A DNA stretch of 34,429 bases from the NCBI GenBank assembly GCA_963833225.1, contig CAWHXD010000015.1, positions 1 to 34,429 of the forward strand. The letters are read 5' to 3'. Below the pieces are notes generated by a model. The model made no database searches and had not been told where the DNA came from. It saw only the letters and a program-made list of their open reading frames with translations. This DNA is from an uncultured Chloroflexia bacterium (GTDB lineage Bacteria > Chloroflexota > Limnocylindria > Limnocylindrales > CSP1-4). This document shows positions 19,786-30,507 of the stretch, in pieces. A program made the position numbers and the translations under genes. Numbering within the stretch: the stretch's first letter is position 1; every line of letters begins with the position of its first letter.

Positions 19786-20846
19786 CGATCGCCGCCTTCG
19801 CCCGCGTTCGCGAGCTCCTCGGCCAGCATCGCGGCCAGCTCCCGCGCGTTGGTCGAGCCGTAGTTCGCGTAGCAGTTGTTCATCAGCACGTGCGTGTCGC
19901 TTGCCTGCGAGGCCGCCTCCATCACGCGCGGGACCCACTCCCGCAGCTCATCGGGCTGGTACAGGTATCGGAAGCGCTCCACCGTCGGCAGCCCGCGCAT
20001 CGCCTCCCACGTGGCGCTGCGGCGGCCGTGGAACCGCACGACCGCGAGGTTCGGCGAGGTCGCGGCGACCACCGGCGGCATCGACGACTTGAAGCCCTGC
20101 GGCCCGTCGACCATGACCAGCGGGATGCCCTCGTCCTCGAGGAACCGGAGCGTGCGCTCGGCGTTCTTCTCGTTGAACCAGGTGGCGTTGCGGAACTCGA
20201 CCGAGACCGGCACGCCGTACGGCTCGAGGACGGTCTTCGCCTCACGGATCACGTCCCGATTCTCGGACGACGTGTAGAACCATCGCGGGTACTGGAGGAA
20301 CACGGCTCCCAGCTGGCCGCCTTCGGCGAGCGGGGCCAGGCCGTCGGCGAACTGGCGCCAGACCTCGGCCAGGAGCTCGCCCGGCAGGTCCCTGGCATAC
20401 AGCCTCGCCTTGCCGGCGATCGTCGGCGGCAGCGCATCGCGGATCGCCCTGGGCAGCCGCTTCGTCTCGGTGGGCTGGCCGGTGAGCAGGGCGTGGGCCT
20501 TGATGTCGAACACGAAGTCGGGTGGCGTCCGCGCCACCCACAGCTCGGTCAGCCGGCGGGAGGGGAGCGCGTAGTACGTCGCGTCGACCTCGACCACGGG
20601 GAAGCGCGAGGCGTAGTAGGCGAGCCGCTCCTCCGCGGTGTCGGCGTCGGACGGGTAGAACACCCCGGCCGCCGTCATCGTCGGGTCGGTCCAGGACGCG
20701 GTGCCGACCCGGATCCGATGCTCGGAGGGCAGCTCGATGGGCTCGGTGGCGGCGTCGTCGAGGTGCGCCGCATCGAGCCGGTCGCGGGCAACGTCTGGTC
20801 CCGGATCGTGCGTGGCACCCAGGTCATCGGCCGGTCGATGCGGCAT
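19782..20846 (-). CDS. DUF72 (YecE-like) protein
   Basis: IRVGTASW, YASRFPVVEVDATYYALP, FVFDIKA, LQYP, VEFRN.TW, VRFHGR, FRYLY and MNNC motifs. TACGCT 7 nt before ATG. Confidence 0.92.
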   Translation of the reverse strand: MPHRPADDLGATHDPGPDVARDRLDAAHLDDAATEPIELPSEHRIRVGTASWTDPTMTAAGVFYPSDADTAEERLAYYASRFPVVEVDATYYALPSRRLTELWVARTPPDFVFDIKAHALLTGQPTETKRLPRAIRDALPPTIAGKARLYARDLPGELLAEVWRQFADGLAPLAEGGQLGAVFLQYPRWFYTSSENRDVIREAKTVLEPYGVPVSVEFRNATWFNEKNAERTLRFLEDEGIPLVMVDGPQGFKSSMPPVVAATSPNLAVVRFHGRRSATWEAMRGLPTVERFRYLYQPDELREWVPRVMEAASQASDTHVLMNNCYANYGSTNARELAAMLAEELANAGEGGDR

Positions 20847-20901
20847 GGGCTGCAGCGTAGCGCAGCGGTCCGGGCCGGTCGCGGGCACGCCCCGGGACCC
20901 G

Positions 20902-20955
20902 GTCAGGTCGCCCGAACTCGTCAGGTCGCCCGACCCCGCCAGATCGCCCGTTCTC
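20902..20955. repeat. 18-bp tandem repeat x3 upstream of DUF72
   Basis: GTCAGGTCGCCCGAACTC / GTCAGGTCGCCCGACCCC / GCCAGATCGCCCGTTCTC. Confidence 0.8.
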
Positions 20956-20985
20956 GCCCGGGCGGTTCGAGCCCACCTGGCCAGC

Positions 20986-21247
20986 TATTCGCCACACGGG
21001 TCTGTCGCAGGGTCCCGGTCGCCGATCTGACCAGCCACCCACCTGGTGGGTGGAACGGGCCCGCCGGAACCGAGGACGCACCCATCTGCCCACCACGTGG
21101 GTATTGGGCCGTCTGCGGGATGCGGGACATGGCCCGACACCCGCCACGTGGGCAGGCGCCAGGGATTGGGTCGAGCTGCTGCGTGGATGGAGCGCCAAAC
21201 CGGTGCGGACGTGGGCGAGTCCGTCGTCGGTGCCCGCTCCACGGGTA
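20986..21247. repeat. Array B of the same 17-bp palindromic repeat, about 51-bp period
   Basis: Copies at 21036 (CACCCACCTGGTGGGTG), 21087 (TGCCCACCACGTGGGTA), 21138 (CACCCGCCACGTGGGCA) and 21231 (TGCCCGCTCCACGGGTA), with a degenerate copy at 20986. Confidence 0.75.
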
Positions 21248-21307
21248 GCTGATGAAGTTGAGCGTGCGTCTGCGGACGCGGACGCTTCGTGGTCGGCTCG
21301 GGGCCGC

Positions 21308-23275
21308 CTACCCTCCCGGCCCCATGGACGGCTCCGGCGCCACGGACGGCTCCGGCGCGTCGGACGGTCCCGGCGCCGCCTCGGAGCCCGAGACCGCGAC
21401 GCGGATCAGGGCCGGAGCGCTGCCCAGCGCCGACAGCGGGCCATGCGCGGGCGAGATCACGTCCAGCAGCAGCAGGTAGTTGCCCGGCGCCGTCGGTGCC
21501 TGGAGCTCGAGCGTGACCATCGCGTTGCCGGCGGGAGCGGCGATCGTCGGATCGAGAACGGTCGTCACGGGGTCCGGAACCGCCTGGCTCGCGGTGGACA
21601 CCCAGGTCGCGACGAGCTTCGCCGGGCTCCGCGAGGTGCGCAGCCAGGACAGGATCTCCTCGGCCATGCCGTCGGGCGGCTGGTCGGTGTCGACGTCCCA
21701 GCTCTCCGATCCGGCGTTCACGACACGAACCGCGACGGCTGTCGGCACGCCGGCCGTCATCGCCAGCGAGGCCGGGGCGCCGTAGGCCACCGCGACCGGT
21801 CCACCAACGCGGACGAGGGCAGGGGTGAGGAGCGCTTGCGTGGCCACGTCATAGGCGACGCCGGAGGGTGCATGCAGGCTGGCGACCAGCCGGTACAGCC
21901 CGGGTGCCGACGGGTAGGTGACCGTCATGTCGAGACCCTTCCCGGAGCGCGTGACCTTCCCGACCACGACCACGTTACCCAGCTGCTCGGGAGCCACGAG
22001 ATCGACGCTCGGTGGCTCGGGCGGGGTCGCGGGCTGGACGCCCGGGAGCGACGAGGTCGTCGGTTCCGATGTGGATGCCGGATCGGGCTGCGGCACGGGG
22101 GTCGACGGCGACGATCCGGGACGGGGCAACGGCGACGCGGACGAATCGGGCGACGGCGACGCGGACGCATCAGGTGACGCTGACGAATCGGGCGACGCGG
22201 ACGAGTCGGGCGACGGCGACTGCGCCGGGGCCACGCCCGGATCGACCGAGCTCGCCGGTTGCGGGTCGAGCAGGATCGGATCCCATCGGATGCCGACCTG
22301 GGCGCCGGCGGGGATCAACTTGGCGCCGTGTCCCGCGACCGGAAGCGTCAGCTGGGTGGTGGTCGAAGCGATCGGCAGCGCGCCCAGGCTGAGATCGCCG
22401 AACCGGATGCCCTGGTCGGCGAGCGAGGGTTCGACGACAGGCTCGGTGACCACCCCCGACGTCGTGCCGGTTGCGCCGGACCGAACCTGGCCGGCGGTCA
22501 CGCCTCGAGACACGAGCGACCGGTTGTAGCCGCCGCTGGCGCGATCCGGATCGAGCTGCTCCGTGTACCCCGGCGACCGCTCGCTGACCACGCCGAACGC
22601 GTTTCCATGCGCGCTCGGCGCAGCGCTCCAGATCCGCTCGATGCTGAGCTGGGTTCGCAGCAGCTGCCGCACGTAGTACGCCAGGCCCGCGTGCGCCTCG
22701 GCAACCACGGCCTGGGCGCCGGCGCGGATGAACCCCGCGGCGAAGTTGTCGACCCGGGCGACGGCCTGATCGCGCGACCCCTCGGGCAGACCCGGCTCGC
22801 TGTTGCCGCTGGCGTAGCACAGGTGGCTGAGCAGCACCACGGCGTTTGCCGCCAGCCGCAGGTGCTGGATCGATGCCTCCCCGAAGTACTGGTGGGCCAC
22901 GTCATCGACGCCGGCAACGGGATTGAGGCCGAAGCCGTCCTGGGTCGGCGGATACAGCGCGTTGCGGTACGGGCTCGGCCAGCCGTTGCCGTGACCCAGG
23001 TAGACCACGATCGAGGCGCCCGTGATGGCCTGCTTGACGGCCGACCAGGTCGCGTTGGGGGAGTAGACCTTGACGACCTCGGCTCCCGCGGCCTGCGCCT
23101 CGTCAGCCGCGTCATTCGCGATCGCGCGGTAGCTGGACGTGAGGGAGCCAACAGGACCCACGATCAGCACCACGCGCGGCACGGGCGCGGCCGCAAGCGC
23201 GGGCGCAGCGGCGCCCGCGGCCCCGATGACCCCGGTGAGGAGGGCGACCATCGTCGCCCGAACGATGCGGTTCAG
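21308..23275 (-). CDS. Secreted multidomain protein: clan CD (caspase/gingipain-like) His-Cys domain, Pro/Ser linker and Ig-like domains
   Basis: VVYLGHGNG and VLLSHLCYASG dyad pattern, SPDSSA repeats and APGNYLLLLDV. First ATG is 23251, but CTG 23275 has a GGAG RBS and completes the signal peptide. Confidence 0.8.
   Translation of the reverse strand: MNRIVRATMVALLTGVIGAAGAAAPALAAAPVPRVVLIVGPVGSLTSSYRAIANDAADEAQAAGAEVVKVYSPNATWSAVKQAITGASIVVYLGHGNGWPSPYRNALYPPTQDGFGLNPVAGVDDVAHQYFGEASIQHLRLAANAVVLLSHLCYASGNSEPGLPEGSRDQAVARVDNFAAGFIRAGAQAVVAEAHAGLAYYVRQLLRTQLSIERIWSAAPSAHGNAFGVVSERSPGYTEQLDPDRASGGYNRSLVSRGVTAGQVRSGATGTTSGVVTEPVVEPSLADQGIRFGDLSLGALPIASTTTQLTLPVAGHGAKLIPAGAQVGIRWDPILLDPQPASSVDPGVAPAQSPSPDSSASPDSSASPDASASPSPDSSASPLPRPGSSPSTPVPQPDPASTSEPTTSSLPGVQPATPPEPPSVDLVAPEQLGNVVVVGKVTRSGKGLDMTVTYPSAPGLYRLVASLHAPSGVAYDVATQALLTPALVRVGGPVAVAYGAPASLAMTAGVPTAVAVRVVNAGSESWDVDTDQPPDGMAEEILSWLRTSRSPAKLVATWVSTASQAVPDPVTTVLDPTIAAPAGNAMVTLELQAPTAPGNYLLLLDVISPAHGPLSALGSAPALIRVAVSGSEAAPGPSDAPEPSVAPEPSMGPGG
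22128..22220 (-). repeat. In-frame 18/24-bp repeats encoding (SP)SPDSSA
   Basis: GACGAATCGGGCGACG-type units. The protein reads SPSPDSSASPDSSASPDASASPSPDSSASP. Confidence 0.8.
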
Positions 23276-23502
23276 CGATGCGGCTCCATCTGGGCGGGCC
23301 GTGGCGGTGATCCCGGTAGCCTACTGCCGGCGGGAACGCCTGAACAAGATCGCTTCGGCCCGGATCGCACGTCCTGGGCGGAACGGCCCCGGTTCCGGTG
23401 CGTCACGTCACCGTTCGACCCGGGTGGCGTATCCGCGACGGGCCATCGACGTGTTGTCCAACGGGATGGAACAGGGCCGGAGCCACCGCGTACCATCGGC
23501 TC

Positions 23503-25614
<2,112 letters not shown>

Positions 25615-25728
25615 CTTGCGGGAGGCGCGTGACCCGCGGCCGGCCCGCGATGCACAGCGTCCCGTGGCCGTCAGCGGACCCGGGCCCGAAACCCGGTTGG
25701 CTCCGGTCCCCTGCCCGGAGCGGGTGCC

Positions 25729-26214
25729 GTGATCGAGGTGCGTGCGGCGGAGCCCGATGAGCTCGCGGCGGCAGGTGAGGTCGTGGTCGAGGCGTACCGC
25801 GCGCTGCCCGGCACCCGGCACAGCGACTACCTGGAGCACGTGCGCGACGCGGCCGGGCGCGCCCGGGCGTGCCTGGTGCTCGTCGCCGTGGAGGACGGCA
25901 GGGTGCTCGGCTCCGTGAGCTACGTCCCGGGTCCCGACAACCCGTATGCCGACATCGAGCGCGAGGGTGAGGCGGGCTTCCGGATGCTCGGGGTGGCCCT
26001 CGCGGCGCAGGGCCGGGGCATCGGACGGCTGCTGGTCGAGGAATGCATCGAGCTCGCCCGGCGGGATGGTCGGACGGCGCTCGCGATCGTGTCCTCGCAG
26101 CGGATGACCCGGGCGCACGCGCTGTACCAGCGGCTCGCCTTCCATCGAGCCCCGGACCGCGACTACGAGCCGGTTCCGGGCGTCGGGCTGTGGGCGTTCG
26201 TCCGGCCGCTGTAG
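25729..26214 (+). CDS. GNAT family N-acetyltransferase
   Basis: FRMLGV...QGRGIGRLL and AHALYQRLAF motifs. GGAG upstream of GTG. Confidence 0.88.
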   Translation: MIEVRAAEPDELAAAGEVVVEAYRALPGTRHSDYLEHVRDAAGRARACLVLVAVEDGRVLGSVSYVPGPDNPYADIEREGEAGFRMLGVALAAQGRGIGRLLVEECIELARRDGRTALAIVSSQRMTRAHALYQRLAFHRAPDRDYEPVPGVGLWAFVRPL

Positions 26215-26223
26215 GACAGGGGC

Positions 26224-27501
26224 GTGCGCAGGGGAGCCTGGATCCCGAAGGAGGCCGCAGGTGGGGCGGGCGTCCGGCCGGCCGCCACGGTCGCGGTCAT
26301 GCGAGACGGCTCGGCCGGGCCCGAGGTGCTGTTGACCCGGCGGCCCGCGACGATGGCGTTCGGACCGGGCCTTCACGTGTTCCCAGGCGGCGCAGTCGAT
26401 CCGGCCGACGCCGATCCACGGCTGCTCGCGCGCCTCCGACGCCGGGGCGACGAGCCCGCGTCCCACGCCGGGGCGTTCATGGTCGCGGCGATCCGCGAGC
26501 TGTTCGAGGAGGCAGGCGTGCTCCTCGCGACGGAACCGGCGGGCGCCGTCGCCACTGCCCGAACCCTCAGCCACCGCGCGGGCGCCGCCTCGGGCGGGTG
26601 GTTCGCGGAGGCCGTGACCGCCTCCGGCATGGAGCTCCGCGGGGACTGGCTGGTGCCGCTCTCACGTTGGGTCACCCCGCCCGTCATCCCGCGCCGCTAC
26701 GATGCTCGCTTCTTCGTCGCCCGGCTGCCTGAAGGCTCGGCCCCCGCGTTCGATCCACGGGAGGTCGTCGCCCATGCCTGGATGACCCCGTCCGACGCGT
26801 TGTCCGCGATGGCGGACGGTCGGATCGAGCTGTGGACGCCGACCAGCACCACCCTCCAGCAGCTGGCGGCCGCGACCGGTATCGACGACGCACGGCGGTA
26901 CCTGACGCCGGCGCCGGACGCCGCTCCGTCAACCCGCTCACCGGTCATCGACCGACCGGCACCGTCGCTGGCGCGGGTCCGGTTCCACGGGGCCGGCGCG
27001 ATCGCGGGCCAGGCGGTCGACACGTATCTGGTCGGGGATCGGCGGCTCGCGGTGGTGGATCCGGGCGATCCGGGCGACGAGGCCGTCGAGGCGATCCTGC
27101 GGGTGGCCGAAGGTCTTGGGGCCCGGATCGCCGCCGTGCTGCTGACCGCGCCGGTCCCCGACCACGCGGCGGGCGCCGAGAGCCTGGCGCTCCGGCTCGG
27201 GATCCCGGTCCGCGCGGCTGGCGGGGCCCGGCGGGTCCTGGTGAGCGACATCGAGCCGCTGATCGACGGCGAGGTTCTGCCCGACGCCGACGTCCCGATC
27301 CGCGTCCACGCGACGCCCGGGACCCACCCCGACCACGTCGCGTTCGAGGTGCGGGCCGCCGGTGCGGTCCTGGTGGGGGATCTCGAGGGGCCGGGCCCGT
27401 CGCGGACGATCCCGGTCGCGGTGGATGGGGATGCGCTGGCGCGGTCGCGCGCGAAGGTGGGCGCGCTCGGCGACCTGCGGCAACTGGCCGCCCACGGGTG
27501 A
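26224..27501 (+). CDS. NUDIX hydrolase fused to a degenerate metallo-beta-lactamase-fold domain
   Basis: VFPGGAVD...AAIRELFEEAG, WVTPP..RRYDARFF, then VVDPG, LLTAPVPDH, TPGTHPDH and LVGD. Start uncertain. Confidence 0.85.
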   Translation: MRRGAWIPKEAAGGAGVRPAATVAVMRDGSAGPEVLLTRRPATMAFGPGLHVFPGGAVDPADADPRLLARLRRRGDEPASHAGAFMVAAIRELFEEAGVLLATEPAGAVATARTLSHRAGAASGGWFAEAVTASGMELRGDWLVPLSRWVTPPVIPRRYDARFFVARLPEGSAPAFDPREVVAHAWMTPSDALSAMADGRIELWTPTSTTLQQLAAATGIDDARRYLTPAPDAAPSTRSPVIDRPAPSLARVRFHGAGAIAGQAVDTYLVGDRRLAVVDPGDPGDEAVEAILRVAEGLGARIAAVLLTAPVPDHAAGAESLALRLGIPVRAAGGARRVLVSDIEPLIDGEVLPDADVPIRVHATPGTHPDHVAFEVRAAGAVLVGDLEGPGPSRTIPVAVDGDALARSRAKVGALGDLRQLAAHG

Positions 27502-27539
27502 GGGACGAAGGAAGGGCGCGGGACTGACCGGGCCCGCGA

Positions 27540-27722
27540 TCAGGAGGTCGTGTCGTCGTTCTTGTCGGCGGACTCCGACTTCATCTCCTCGATCTCCTTG
27601 CGCGCCTCACGCACGCCCTGGCCGAACGCGCGGCCGAGGAGGGGCAGCGTCTTGGGTCCGCGCCAGACGATGGCGATGATCAGCACGATGATCAGGACGA
27701 CGATGAAATCGGCACCCGGCAT
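27540..27722 (-). CDS. tatA: Twin-arginine translocase TatA/E subunit
   Basis: 60 aa: TM helix, GPKTLP hinge, amphipathic LGRAFGQGVREARK and acidic tail. TACCAT 6 nt before ATG. Confidence 0.88.
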   Translation of the reverse strand: MPGADFIVVLIIVLIIAIVWRGPKTLPLLGRAFGQGVREARKEIEEMKSESADKNDDTTS

Positions 27723-28035
27723 GAGCGGATGGTAGCAGCCCCGCATCGCAACGCCGTCTCGCGCACGCGCCCGGCTCGATTGCGGGACCTTCGCAGGCAT
27801 CCGACCGTGCCATCGGTCACCCAACGTCACGAAACGACGGGCCCTTGGGCACATCCCGCCCCGGCGCCGCGTCACCGACACTCGTTCTCGAAATACGAAT
27901 ACGACGTCGTCGATGTGGTTTCAACCTCCCCTCCCCCATCGATGACAACCGGGCACATCGAACCGGCGGGCACCCCCTGGCCCGCCGGTTCGTCTGCCGT
28001 CCGGGTCGCCGCTCAGGGTGCGGTCGGCGGCCGGG

Positions 28036-28563
28036 TCAGCCGCTCGGGTCGCCCGCCCGACCCAGCTCGACGGTGACCCTGCGCAGGAAGTCGGTGACGG
28101 CCCGGCGGCCGTTGGCGTCGAGCCCGGTGAGCGCGCGCTCGACCGCCTCTCCGCGCCAGCGGTACGTGCGCACGACCATGTCCATCGCCTCGGCTGTGAG
28201 CGAGACCCGAACGATCCGCCGGTCCGACGGGTCGACTCGCCGCTCCAGCAACCCCGTGGACTCGAGCTCGCTGACCACCCGGCTAGCCCAGCCGTAGGAG
28301 ATCCCGAGACCGGCGGCAAGCTCGCCGATCGTCCGCTCGCCGTGCTGGTAGACGTGGATCGCCGCCCGGATGGCATGGGTCGAGGGTGCCGAACGCACGT
28401 GGCCTGCGGCGCCGGGCTCGCCGGCGGCGGCAGTCTCCGCCTCGGCTGCGCGCGTCGCGTAGGCGACGTGGATGAGCTCCAGCAGCAGCTGGCTGGCCTC
28501 GAAGGCGTCGTCGCTGAGCACCGGGATGTCGTGGTGGTCGGGCGAGTGGACGGGCTTCGTCAC
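28036..28563 (-). CDS. MarR family transcriptional regulator
   Basis: TIGELAAGLGISYGWASRVVSELESTGLLER..DPSDRRIVRVSLT. GTG 28563. Confidence 0.92.
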   Translation of the reverse strand: MTKPVHSPDHHDIPVLSDDAFEASQLLLELIHVAYATRAAEAETAAAGEPGAAGHVRSAPSTHAIRAAIHVYQHGERTIGELAAGLGISYGWASRVVSELESTGLLERRVDPSDRRIVRVSLTAEAMDMVVRTYRWRGEAVERALTGLDANGRRAVTDFLRRVTVELGRAGDPSG

Positions 28564-28564
28564 C

Positions 28565-28598
28565 TTCGTTATCCTAACGAAAACATTGCGACAGTCAA
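28565..28598 (-). promoter_or_regulatory. marR promoter (TTGACT-N16-TAGGAT) overlapped by the palindromic operator TTCGTTA-N3-TAACGAA
   Basis: Perfect 7-bp inverted repeat at 28565-28581 in an AT-rich patch between divergent marR and MFS genes. -10 box is 7 nt before GTG. Confidence 0.75.
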
Positions 28599-28673
28599 GT
28601 AATACGCGGTCTCCGCGCCGAGTCTCGCTGGGGGTGGAGACTCCGCGCCGCGGTTCCCCCGGAGGGCCCAATC

Positions 28674-30452
28674 ATGGCAAGCACCGTGGACGCGCACCCT
28701 GACGGGCCGTCGATCCATGCCACCGGACGCGGCCGCTGGATCGGGCTCGCGCTGCTGAGCATCGGCGTCGCGATGATCATCGTCGACGCGACCATCGTCA
28801 ACGTCGCCGTCCCGTCGATCATCCGCGAGCTGGCCCTGGATTCGACCCAGGCCGAGTGGATCAACACGATCTACGCGCTGGTGTTCGCGGCGCTGCTGAT
28901 CACCCTCGGGCGGCTGGGGGACGTGTTCGGGCGGCGCCGGATGTATCTCGGCGGGCTGGGCCTGTTCCTGGTCGCGTCCGTGCTCGCCGGAGCCTCGCCC
29001 AGCGGCGACATCCTCATCCTCGCCCGGGTCCTCCAGGGTGTGGGTGGCGCGATGATCCTGCCCGCCACGCAGGCGATCCTCAACTCCAACTTCCAGGGCC
29101 GGGATCGAGCGATCGCGTTCGGCATCTGGGGCTCGGTGATCGGCGGCGTGGCCGCCGTCGGGCCGCTGTTGGGCGGGTTCCTGACGACCTACGCCTCGTG
29201 GCGCTGGGCGTTCTTCGTCAACGTCCCGGTGGGCCTGATCGCCATCGCCGGCACCCTGCGCTACATCGGCGAATCGCGGGACGAGCACGCGAGGCCCGGC
29301 TTCGATCTGCCCGGGTTCCTGCTGATCACCGGTGGCCTGGGCGCGTTCGTGTTCGGGCTCATCGAGGGCCGCCAGTACGGCTGGTGGACCCCCAATCCGC
29401 GCCATCCGTTCGAGGTCCTCGGGCTCGGCTGGCCGCTGGACACGGTGTCGATCACCCCGTTCGCAATCGGGTTCGGCATCGTGGCGCTGCTCCTGTTTGC
29501 CGCCGTCGAGTCGCGGAGGCGGGCGTCCGGCAGCTTCTACCTGTTCGACTTCACCCTGTGGCGGTACAAGGGCTTCCGCTACGGGAACCTCGCCGGCACG
29601 ATCGTGTCGCTCGGCGAGTTCGGCCTGCTGTTCGCGCTGCCACTGTTCCTCCAGGGCGTGCTCGGCTACTCGGCGTTCGACACCGGGGCGGTGTTCCTGT
29701 CGCTGGCCGTGGGCGCGTTCTTCGCGGCGCCGGGGGCAGCGACCCTCGCCCGTCGCTACGGCCCACGCTGGGTGGTCACGACCGGCATGCTGCTCGAGGC
29801 GGTCGGCATCGCGGCGACCACCTTCCTGATCTCCACGTCGGTCAACGGGCTGATGCTCGCGATCCCGCTGTTCGTGTACGGCGTGGGCGTGGGGTTCGCC
29901 ACGGCGCAGCTGACGAGCATCGTGCTCTCCGACATCCCGGTCTCGCTGTCGGGGATCGCGTCCGGAGCAAACTCCACGCTGCGCCAGGTCGGTTCCGCCC
30001 TCGGGATCGCGATCCTGGGCACGATCCTGTTCTCCACGCTCGTCACCCGCAGCACGGACAACATCGCGGTCTCGCTGCCGGACGTGAAGCCGGCCTGCCA
30101 GGAGCTGGTCGTGTACCTGGTGGACGCCTCGGCGGGCCAGGTGCTGCCGGCGCTCAAGGACCCGTCGCGGGCGGCCGAGGCCGGGTTCGGCGGTGGTCAG
30201 GCGGCGCTCCCGCCCGAGCAGGCGGCCTGCTTCACCGACCCGGCCTTCCTCGCGTCACTCACGGCGACGGTCACCCCGATCGAGCAGGCCTTCGTCGACG
30301 CGACCCGGTTCGCCGGGTTCACCGCGACCGGTTTCGTGCTCCTGGGCGTGGTGTTCTCGCTGCTGCTGCCGGCGGGGCGGCATCGGCCGTCCGAGGCGTC
30401 CGAGGCGTCCGAGGCGTCCGGCCGCGAGGAGATCGTGCCCGGCGCCGGGTAG
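28674..30452 (+). CDS. MFS DHA2 (EmrB/QacA-type, 14-TMS) efflux transporter
   Basis: DATIVNVAVPSI, GRLGDVFGRRR, ARVLQGVGGA, GPLLGGFL, WRWAFFVNVPVG and RQVGSALG motifs. GGAGG RBS. Confidence 0.95.
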   Translation: MASTVDAHPDGPSIHATGRGRWIGLALLSIGVAMIIVDATIVNVAVPSIIRELALDSTQAEWINTIYALVFAALLITLGRLGDVFGRRRMYLGGLGLFLVASVLAGASPSGDILILARVLQGVGGAMILPATQAILNSNFQGRDRAIAFGIWGSVIGGVAAVGPLLGGFLTTYASWRWAFFVNVPVGLIAIAGTLRYIGESRDEHARPGFDLPGFLLITGGLGAFVFGLIEGRQYGWWTPNPRHPFEVLGLGWPLDTVSITPFAIGFGIVALLLFAAVESRRRASGSFYLFDFTLWRYKGFRYGNLAGTIVSLGEFGLLFALPLFLQGVLGYSAFDTGAVFLSLAVGAFFAAPGAATLARRYGPRWVVTTGMLLEAVGIAATTFLISTSVNGLMLAIPLFVYGVGVGFATAQLTSIVLSDIPVSLSGIASGANSTLRQVGSALGIAILGTILFSTLVTRSTDNIAVSLPDVKPACQELVVYLVDASAGQVLPALKDPSRAAEAGFGGGQAALPPEQAACFTDPAFLASLTATVTPIEQAFVDATRFAGFTATGFVLLGVVFSLLLPAGRHRPSEASEASEASGREEIVPGAG

Positions 30453-30507
30453 CGGCGTGATCGCTGCGGGTGTCCGCCGGCGCCGGGTCGCGGCGTAGGC
30501 TGTGGCC

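Noticed and set aside
20986-21247. CRISPR array interpretation of array B
   Set aside because: The repeats are only 17 bp, degenerate and alternately oriented. There is no AT-rich leader and no cas gene in the window.
27860-27960. Lower-GC patch with TGAAAC...CGTA (ECF-promoter-like) upstream of tatA
   Set aside because: Spacing (14 or 20 nt) does not fit the usual ECF spacing, and there is no credible ORF.
30389-30420. 9-bp repeat encoding SEASEASEAS at the MFS C-terminus
   Set aside because: An ordinary in-frame low-complexity tail with no evident consequence.
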